Positions 57,262 to 64,000 of a stretch of DNA of 64,000 nt are shown in pieces. Both the position numbers and the translations under genes were made by a program. The notes under the pieces were generated by a model, which did not search any database, was not told the origin of the DNA, and was given only the letters and a program-made list of their open reading frames with translations. The DNA is from Synechococcus sp. (GTDB taxonomy: Bacteria > Cyanobacteriota > Cyanobacteriia > PCC-6307 > Cyanobiaceae). Position 1 is the first letter of the stretch; every line of letters starts with the position of its first letter. The stretch covers positions 187,798-251,797 of the forward strand of contig JBJBCN010000002.1 of the NCBI GenBank assembly GCA_047285805.1. The letters are read 5' to 3'.

Positions 57262-58113
57262 ATGACTCAGACGCACTTCTCCGCCTCAGAGCGCACCGCT
57301 TCGGACTACTACGACAGCGCCGATGCTGATTGTTTCTATGAAGAGATTTGGGGCGGTGAAGACATTCACATCGGCCTTTACGCTTCCGAGACCGAAGCCA
57401 TCGCATCGGCCAGCCAGCGTACGGTCAACGCCTTAATCGCCTTGATTGGCACCCTCCCGCGCGGGGCCACGGTCGTTGATTTGGGTTCGGGATATGGCGG
57501 TGCTGCCCGGCGCCTCGCCAAGGAGTTCGGGGCCCATGTCGAGGCGATCAATATCTCGGCCGTTGAAAACGCCCGGCACCGTCGGCTCAACCAGAGTGCC
57601 GGATTGCAGGACCAAATCCAGGTGCACGATGCCTCCTTTGAGGACGTTCCCCTGCCCTCAGGCTGTGCGGATGTGGTCTGGAGTCAGGACGCGATCCTGC
57701 ACTCCGGCAACCGTCAGCAGGTCCTCCAGGAGGCGGCGCGGTTGTTGAAGCCAGGCGGTGTGATGGTCCTCACGGATCCGATGGCCGCCGATGGGGTGGA
57801 TACAGGTTCCCTGAGCGCGATCCTCGACCGCATTCACCTGCCCGACATGGGATCACCGGATCGCTATCTAGCCTGGGCCAGTCAGGCCGGCTTGGTCCGT
57901 GAGGTCTGGCAGGACCAGACGGCGATGTTGATTCGCCATTACGGCCGCGTCCGCGAGGAGCTTCTGCGCCGAGAGCAGGAGTTGAAGACCAAGATCAGCC
58001 AGGAGTACCTCCAGCGGATGGCCGCTGGCTTGGGTCATTGGATTGATGGTGGACGCCAGGGACGTCTGAGTTGGGGGCTGATGCGCTTCCGCAAGCCTCT
58101 GCAGGAGGCCTAA
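57262..58113 (+). CDS. sdmt: Sarcosine/dimethylglycine N-methyltransferase
   Basis: YY.S.DAD.FY..IWGGEDIHIGLY, DLGSGYGG, WSQDAILHS, TDPM. Confidence 0.9.
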   Translation: MTQTHFSASERTASDYYDSADADCFYEEIWGGEDIHIGLYASETEAIASASQRTVNALIALIGTLPRGATVVDLGSGYGGAARRLAKEFGAHVEAINISAVENARHRRLNQSAGLQDQIQVHDASFEDVPLPSGCADVVWSQDAILHSGNRQQVLQEAARLLKPGGVMVLTDPMAADGVDTGSLSAILDRIHLPDMGSPDRYLAWASQAGLVREVWQDQTAMLIRHYGRVREELLRREQELKTKISQEYLQRMAAGLGHWIDGGRQGRLSWGLMRFRKPLQEA

Positions 58114-58238
58114 TGGAATCCTTCGCCGGTGCGGTTGTGATTTTTGTGGTGGGCGGTGTCGTCACCTTGGCGACCACCGTGATGGTGATTCAGGGCCATC
58201 TCCATTGGCGCGGCCGTGACCCGTGGGGGGAGGGCTAA
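58113..58238 (+). CDS. 41-aa single-TM micro-protein
   Basis: MESFAGAVVIFVVGGVVTLATTVMVIQGHLHWRGRDPWGEG; ATG overlaps the sdmt TAA; stop 3 bp before the symporter. Confidence 0.65.
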   Translation: MESFAGAVVIFVVGGVVTLATTVMVIQGHLHWRGRDPWGEG

Positions 58239-58241
58239 GCC

Positions 58242-59681
58242 ATGGCGTTCGCTCCCATGCTTGCTGTGCAGCCGTTCTTGGCCCCAGGCCTTGCCTGGGC
58301 CCTGGTGGTCATCTTCTCGGTGCTCTGGATCGCACTCGGGGTGTCCTGGGGGCAGCGCGGCTCTGGTGATGCCGATGACTACATGTTGGCCGGCCGCAAC
58401 ATCGGTTTGGCCCTTAGCACCGCAACCTTGATGGCGTCCTGGGTGACCGGCAACACCACTTTGTTGGCGCCGGAGTTTGGTTATCGGAACGGCCTCTGGG
58501 GAATGTTCAGTTACGCCCTGGCCGGTCTGGGCTTGGTCCTGTTTGCGCCATTGGCCCTACGGATCAAACACCTGATGCCCAAGGGGCGCACCAGCGGTGA
58601 CTTCATTCGCCTCCGCTACGGCCGCGCGACCTGGTGGGTCTTCATGGTGATCACCGCCATCTACACCCTCGGTTTCCTGATGACCCAGGCGATGGGAGCG
58701 GGGATCCTGCTGGAGGCCCTTTCGGGTTTTGACTACCGCCTAGGGATGGTCGTAGTGATTGGCGTCTCGACGATCTATACCCTCTATGGCGGGATGCGCG
58801 CCGTTGTGGGAACGGACTTCATTCAGTCCCTCTTGATAATGGGGCTGCTGGTTTTGGTTGCCGTGTTGGCGCTGCAGCAGTTCCCGGTTCCTGAGCTCCA
58901 TCGCGCTTTGGTCGAGGAACATCCGGAGCGGCTGAATTTGCTTTTGCCGGCGGGTTTGTTGATTGCTTGGAACTCCGCCCTCTTCTCTATGGGCGAGGTC
59001 TTCCACAACAACATATGGTGGTCAAGGGTATTCTCCAGTCGTGCCTCCGTCGTCTTTAGCTCGTTCGTGCTCGGCGGCTTGGCATGGATGACGGTGCCTT
59101 TGGTGACTGGCTCCATCGGCCTGGTGGCGTTGGCTCAGTCGGTGGATTTGCCCCAGGTGAACATGCTGTTCCCGGTTGTGGCCTCCCAGTTGCTTGGGGC
59201 GGGGGGTGCGGCCTTGGTCTTTGTGGTCGTCTTTGCCTCGTTGACCTCAACATTGGATTCGCTATTGGCTTCGACGGCGGATTTGGTAGCCGAAGACGTG
59301 GTCTTCAAGCTGCTGAATCCCAATTTGAGTGATGCCCAATTGCGGCAGGCCACGCGCCTTGTGGTTCTGGGGTTGGGGCTTTTGACCTTGCTGCTGTCGT
59401 GGCCGCGCCTGGATTCCTTGGCGTCCGTTCTCTTCTTCACCGGTGCCCTTGTGGCTTCCACGATCTGGCCGGTGGCCTACGGCCTCTATTGGCGCAGTGC
59501 GAACCGGTGGGCCGCCATTGCCGCGATGGTCTCCGGCAGTGCCGTGGGCCTGGCTGCGTATGTCCTGATCGCGCCCTACTGCGCGGCGTTGCTCTCCGCA
59601 GCGGTCTCGGCGGCGGTGATGGCTGTGGGCACTCAGTTTCAGCCCGAGCGCTTCAACTGGCTCACCTTGAAGGAGGGATAA
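58242..59681 (+). CDS. Sodium:solute symporter family transporter
   Basis: About 13 TM segments, YMLAGRN.G, YTL.GG..AVV.TD..Q, S..STLDS.L. Confidence 0.88.
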   Translation: MAFAPMLAVQPFLAPGLAWALVVIFSVLWIALGVSWGQRGSGDADDYMLAGRNIGLALSTATLMASWVTGNTTLLAPEFGYRNGLWGMFSYALAGLGLVLFAPLALRIKHLMPKGRTSGDFIRLRYGRATWWVFMVITAIYTLGFLMTQAMGAGILLEALSGFDYRLGMVVVIGVSTIYTLYGGMRAVVGTDFIQSLLIMGLLVLVAVLALQQFPVPELHRALVEEHPERLNLLLPAGLLIAWNSALFSMGEVFHNNIWWSRVFSSRASVVFSSFVLGGLAWMTVPLVTGSIGLVALAQSVDLPQVNMLFPVVASQLLGAGGAALVFVVVFASLTSTLDSLLASTADLVAEDVVFKLLNPNLSDAQLRQATRLVVLGLGLLTLLLSWPRLDSLASVLFFTGALVASTIWPVAYGLYWRSANRWAAIAAMVSGSAVGLAAYVLIAPYCAALLSAAVSAAVMAVGTQFQPERFNWLTLKEG

Positions 59682-59684
59682 GTC

Positions 59685-59909
59685 ATGGCACGGTTTCGGA
59701 TGACAACCCGCTGGGCCCTCACCCTTGCCCTGTTGGCTGTGCTGATGCCTGTGGCCAGGGCGGGAGAAGCGAGCGCGCCACCGCGCTGGTTGGCAGATCT
59801 TCCATTGCTGCAGGTTTTGATCTACGGAAGCGTTGCGGGCTTGGCTCTTTCGGTGCTGATCCTGTTGATCCTTTGGTGGAAAGAGTGGAGGCGCGGTGAT
59901 GTTTGGTGA
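59685..59909 (+). CDS. Small membrane protein
   Basis: Signal-like N-terminus, one TM, WWKEWRRGDVW tail; 3 bp after the symporter. Confidence 0.65.
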   Translation: MARFRMTTRWALTLALLAVLMPVARAGEASAPPRWLADLPLLQVLIYGSVAGLALSVLILLILWWKEWRRGDVW

Positions 59910-60079
59910 TCTCTAAGACTTTATAAATTCGTTGCTTGCACTTTCTTGAACCTCTGGCTAGTAATCGAGAAGGCAGGAGCAACTGAACCAAGCTTCACCG
60001 CTGTCCTCGCAGAGGCACTTCTTTTGACTGCGCTTATCAGGAGTCCTTCTCCCTGATGTCTCAGGTCTGATTTCCCGAA

Positions 60080-61195
60080 ATGGTCATCTCTTCTCCCTCT
60101 TCTCATCTTGTCTCAGAACGCTCTATGCGTTTCAAGCCGATGGGGCCAGATGTCTACGGGGCGACTTCTCCTAAGGACCTTCTTTTAGCGATTGAAGAAG
60201 ATGGTGATGCACTTCATGACTTGGCCGACCAGCACGTAATATCTGTCCAACCATTCAAGGCGAATACACTGCTTCAATTGTTCCGTCTAGCCGCGAAATA
60301 CGAGAGCAATCCTGAGCGCTATACCTCACATAATACACCCCTAAAAGGCAAGATTCTTATAAATGCTTTTTATGAGCCTAGTACGCGTACAAGGCTGTCG
60401 TTTGATAGCGCTTGGCATCGCCTGGGTGGCGACTCTATTAATATAACAGACCGAAGTACAACTGGCTTGGCCAAGGGTGAGTCTTATGAAGATGTTGCGC
60501 ATATGTTTAATAATTATGGCGACTGTATTGTTCTTAGGGACGGAGACTCGAGCGCTGTCTATTCGATGGCGGATACTCTTCGCATTCCGATTATTAACGC
60601 AGGTAATGGGATTGATGAACACCCCACTCAGGCAATGGCCGACCTCTATACGATTCTAAAGTGGAGGCCTTCTTTGGTTGCTTCTGAGGTCTCTCCTGGA
60701 GAGCGGGTGAGAATCGGAGTCGTTGGAATCCCAAGTCGTATGCGAACTGTCCGCTCGCTTCTGCGGATTCTTGTTAAATTTCCTCAAATTGTTGAGGAGC
60801 TTGTGCTTATACATGACCCTGCCAAAAACGCTGCCGAGGAATTGTTCGACCCCGGGCAATTGGAGGAGTTACAGCAGGTTGGAGTCAATGTGCGTTGCAC
60901 CGGAGATCTTCAGGGTGAAATCCCTGGGCTTGATGTCATCTATATCAATGCAATCGCTTGGGTGGGTGATAGTTATGAGGTGCATGGTCATTCCTTCCGT
61001 CTGACCAGAGATCTGCCGTACAAGCCAAATGCAATTGTTCTGCACCCTCTGGCTCGAGGCCCGGAGCTGAGCACCTGCCTCGATAACACCCCCCACAACT
61101 GGTATTTCAGTCAGGCCCGGGGTGCGGTCTTCCTGCGGATGGCTCTGCTCACCTGCATGGTGGATCGCACCAACCGGGTCATGGATGTGATCTGA
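60080..61195 (+). CDS. ATCase/OTCase-superfamily carbamoyltransferase (PyrB-like paralog)
   Basis: FYEPSTRTRLSF, KGES, INAGNG..EHPTQ, HPL.R; the Asp-binding TRxQ motif is replaced by NAIA. Confidence 0.85.
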   Translation: MVISSPSSHLVSERSMRFKPMGPDVYGATSPKDLLLAIEEDGDALHDLADQHVISVQPFKANTLLQLFRLAAKYESNPERYTSHNTPLKGKILINAFYEPSTRTRLSFDSAWHRLGGDSINITDRSTTGLAKGESYEDVAHMFNNYGDCIVLRDGDSSAVYSMADTLRIPIINAGNGIDEHPTQAMADLYTILKWRPSLVASEVSPGERVRIGVVGIPSRMRTVRSLLRILVKFPQIVEELVLIHDPAKNAAEELFDPGQLEELQQVGVNVRCTGDLQGEIPGLDVIYINAIAWVGDSYEVHGHSFRLTRDLPYKPNAIVLHPLARGPELSTCLDNTPHNWYFSQARGAVFLRMALLTCMVDRTNRVMDVI

Positions 61196-61207
61196 GGAGG
61201 AACGCGT

Positions 61208-63256
61208 ATGTGTGGAATCGGCGGTGTCTTCAGCACCACGGCGGATCAAGCCGTTGATCCCCAGCTTCTGGTCAACATGGCCGCGATCCAGGAGCATCGC
61301 GGTCCCGATGGTTTTGGCTATCGCACAGTCGATGGATGCGGAGTGGGCTTCTGCCATGCCCGCCTGTCGATCATTGACCTCAATGAGACCAGGGCACGCC
61401 AACCGTTCTTAAGCGGAGAGCCGGGGTCGGGTGCGCGGGTCCTGATGGCCCACAACGGCGAGTTCTATGACTTCCAGCGGATTCGCGCCGACCTGACGGC
61501 CCGCGGTGTTCGCTTCAGCAGCAAGAGCGATTCCGAAATCCTGCTGCGCCTCTACCAACAGCAGGGCTTGCAGGCGACCCTGCCGCAACTGCGCGGTGAA
61601 TTCGCCTTCGCGCTTTATGACGAGGCCGGAGATACGTTGCATCTCGTCCGGGATCGTTTCGGTATCAAGCCCCAGTACTGGACGATCACTCCCCAGGGCT
61701 TGGTCTTCGGTTCAGAGCTGAAGGTGTTGTTTGCCCATCCGGCGGTGGAGCGCCGCTTCACCTCGGAAGGGCTCTTCCATCAGTTGATGCAAACCATGGT
61801 CCCCGGAACCACCGCCTTTGAGGGGATCCGTCAGGTGCCGCCCGGTCACGGCATCAGCGTGCGCCGCCGCAACGGCAGCCTGCAGGTCGAGACCTGGAAG
61901 TACTGGGATATGGACTTCCCCCGCCAGGGCGAGCGGGACAGCAGCAAGACCGAGTCCGACCACATCGATGCGATTCGTGCGGCGCTGCTCGAAGCGGTGG
62001 AGCTGCGGATGGTCGCCGATGTGCCCGTGGGTTGTTACCTCTCGGGAGGCATCGACAGTTGCTCCATCCTCGGCCTGGCCGCCGCCGTCAGCCAGAGCCC
62101 GGTCAAGGCGTTCACCATTGGTTTCGATGACGCCCGCTACGACGAGTCGCCGATCGCCAAGGAGATGGCCGACGCCACGGCGGCCGAGCAGGACGTGATG
62201 CGTCTCTCGGGTAGGGAGCTCTACGGCTGGATGGAGCGCACCCTCTGGCACACCGAGCGGACGATCTACAACACCTTGGCGGTGGCGAAATTCCTGATGA
62301 GCCGCCATGTCAACCAGGTCAACTACAAGGTGGTGATGACTGGGGAGGGCTCCGATGAGCTCTTCGGTGGCTATCCGGCCTTCCGACGCGACATGTTCCT
62401 GCACGGTCTCCAGGACCTGCCTGAGCAGGACCGTCAGGCCTGGGAGGACTTGTTGCAGCAGTCCAATGCCCTGGTGCAGGGGGCAATGTTGGCGGCGGAT
62501 CAAGTGGATGATCCGGACCTCGATGCGGTCGTTGGTTTCACCCCCAGTTGTCTCCAGCCCTGGTTGGCCTGCGCGCCGCTGGTGCCGGCCCTGCTCGCGG
62601 ATGCCCATCGCGAGGCCCTCTCGGGCTATTCCCCGGGCAAGGCCATTGCCAAGACCTTGGATGCGGAACAACTCGAGGGACGCCACGCCCTCGATAAGGC
62701 CCAGTACGTCTGGATCAAGACGATGTTGGAGGGCCAAATCCTGACCTGGGGCGGTGACCGGGTCGATATGGCGAATTCCATGGAGGCGCGTCCGGCCTTC
62801 TTGGATCACCATCTGGCCGCGGCGGCGGTTCAGGTGCCGCCGGAGTTGCGGATTAAGGGGAAGACGGAGAAGTACGTCCTGCGGGAGGCCATGGCCGGTC
62901 TGCTGCCGGAGGTGCTCTACAAGCGCGAGAAATTTGCCTTCATGGCCCCGCCGGCCCATACCGAGCTCGAGAAGTGGGAGCAGATGAAGCAGCTGGCGAA
63001 CGACTATCTCAGTGATGAGGCGATCGAAGCCGCGGGACTGCTCAGCGTGGATGGCGTTCGGGCCCTCTTCGCCCGCCATGGCGACCCGGCGACCACCGAT
63101 GCCGATCGGGTGCAGATGGACGCCATGATCAACCATCTTCTCGGCGCGCAGATGCTGCACAGGATGTTCATTGCCGCGGACGTGCCGGCACAGGCCCGGG
63201 CCAAGGCCGATGCCCTGGGTTGGCATCCCGCTCGGGAGGCTGCTGCCGTTTGCTGA
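61208..63256 (+). CDS. asnB: Asparagine synthase (glutamine-hydrolysing)-type amidotransferase
   Basis: MCGI Ntn Cys, HRGPDG, HNGEFY, RDRFGIKP, LSGGIDS, TGEGSDELFGGY, E.RPAFLD. Confidence 0.88.
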   Translation: MCGIGGVFSTTADQAVDPQLLVNMAAIQEHRGPDGFGYRTVDGCGVGFCHARLSIIDLNETRARQPFLSGEPGSGARVLMAHNGEFYDFQRIRADLTARGVRFSSKSDSEILLRLYQQQGLQATLPQLRGEFAFALYDEAGDTLHLVRDRFGIKPQYWTITPQGLVFGSELKVLFAHPAVERRFTSEGLFHQLMQTMVPGTTAFEGIRQVPPGHGISVRRRNGSLQVETWKYWDMDFPRQGERDSSKTESDHIDAIRAALLEAVELRMVADVPVGCYLSGGIDSCSILGLAAAVSQSPVKAFTIGFDDARYDESPIAKEMADATAAEQDVMRLSGRELYGWMERTLWHTERTIYNTLAVAKFLMSRHVNQVNYKVVMTGEGSDELFGGYPAFRRDMFLHGLQDLPEQDRQAWEDLLQQSNALVQGAMLAADQVDDPDLDAVVGFTPSCLQPWLACAPLVPALLADAHREALSGYSPGKAIAKTLDAEQLEGRHALDKAQYVWIKTMLEGQILTWGGDRVDMANSMEARPAFLDHHLAAAAVQVPPELRIKGKTEKYVLREAMAGLLPEVLYKREKFAFMAPPAHTELEKWEQMKQLANDYLSDEAIEAAGLLSVDGVRALFARHGDPATTDADRVQMDAMINHLLGAQMLHRMFIAADVPAQARAKADALGWHPAREAAAVC

Positions 63257-63265
63257 TGTTCAGCC

Positions 63266-63289
63266 CGTAATGGTCACAACCGTTACGGG
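63266..63289 (+). other. Stem-loop between asnB and the M20 hydrolase
   Basis: ccgtaatggt-caca-accgttacgg; no T tract. Confidence 0.35.
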
Positions 63290-63346
63290 AGCTCTGGGAG
63301 CTCTCCTCGATCGTGGGGGTGCTCTGTTAGATGTGAAGGTCTGAGG

Positions 63347-64000
63347 TTGGTTCTCTCTGCCCCGGGCGTTGGTACCCACACCACGACTGCACAGCGTCGG
63401 CCTACTCCTAATGCGATGCGCCTGCTGGCGTCCCTGGAGGCCATGGCCGAGGTGGGACTGCAGCCCGATGGTTCGATCTGTCGCCGGGGCTTCACGGCTG
63501 AAGACCGTCAGGGCCGCGAACGACTGAGTGAATGGATGATTGATGCCGGCCTGAGCCTGCGCATCGATGCCGCTGGCAATTTAATTGGCAGGCTTGAGGG
63601 TTCGGCCCCCAGCCTTCCAGCCCTCGTCACCGGCTCGCATCTCGACACGGTCCCAACGGGGGGGCGCTACGACGGCACCCTCGGTGTCTTGGCGGGCCTG
63701 GAATTGGTTCGCGCGCTTCAGGACGCCTCGCTCCAGCTCCGCCACCCCTTTGAGTTGATCGTCTTTGCCGACGAGGAGTCCACGATGGTGGGCTGCAAGG
63801 GCATGGCCGGCACCGCCAGCGCTGACCCCAGCGACTACACCACCAGCAACGGTGTGCCGATTGAGCGAAACCTGGCGCGTCTCGGGGGGGATTGGGACCG
63901 GCTTGCCAGCGCCGCCCGCAGTGATGACGCAATTGCAGCCTTCATCGAACTGCATGTGGAGCAGGGGGCCGTACTCGAGTGGCGTGGAGACAGCATTGGT
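63347..64000 (+). CDS. M20 Zn-dependent hydrolase, N-carbamoyl-L-amino-acid amidohydrolase family (partial)
   Basis: Manual translation: D.AGNL.GR, TGSHLDTVPTGGRYDG.LGV, F.DEE, FIELHVEQG; runs off window; start TTG 63347 or ATG 63416. Confidence 0.88.
   Translation, partial: MVLSAPGVGTHTTTAQRRPTPNAMRLLASLEAMAEVGLQPDGSICRRGFTAEDRQGRERLSEWMIDAGLSLRIDAAGNLIGRLEGSAPSLPALVTGSHLDTVPTGGRYDGTLGVLAGLELVRALQDASLQLRHPFELIVFADEESTMVGCKGMAGTASADPSDYTTSNGVPIERNLARLGGDWDRLASAARSDDAIAAFIELHVEQGAVLEWRGDSIG

Noticed and set aside
1-64000. CRISPR array, rRNA, IS transposase, prophage structural genes
   Set aside because: No regularly spaced repeats, rRNA-like sequence, transposase or phage structural ORFs were seen.

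Overview
Chromosomal window of a high-GC picocyanobacterium (Synechococcus/Cyanobium-like; betaine synthesis and uptake genes suggest a marine or brackish habitat). Most of it is core backbone: ispF, trmD, era, phoH, rpsP, ffh, ftn2, pdhA, a group 2 sigma factor, nnr, mnmA, cobQ, trpA, ndhL, tRNA-Leu(TAA) and sdhCAB. Five accessory patches stand out. (1) A ~3.3 kb insertion upstream of era carries an intact tyrosine integrase and a single low-GC cargo gene, an mpeZ-like phycoerythrin-II lyase-isomerase, without the fciABC regulators; matching motifs occur at both ends. (2) A decayed patch at 23-25.2 kb holds MlaD, HEPN and MNT pseudogenes. (3) An iron locus has futB, a pseudogenised futA, a crp-type regulator, ferritin, Fur-box-like repeats and an unannotated 46-aa Cys/Lys-rich ORF. 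(4) A half-decayed persulfide cluster (ArsR, SAM-methyltransferase, PDO-rhodanese, pseudo-rhodanese, pseudo-tauE) has a repeated operator-like 19-mer. (5) An osmolyte supercluster runs proVWX, gsmt-sdmt, a sodium:solute symporter with two micro-membrane ORFs, a non-aspartate ATCase-like carbamoyltransferase, an AsnB-type amidotransferase and an M20 N-carbamoylase, possibly an uncharacterised carbamoyl-amino-acid-amide pathway. All calls come from manual translation and remembered family motifs; no database searches were run.
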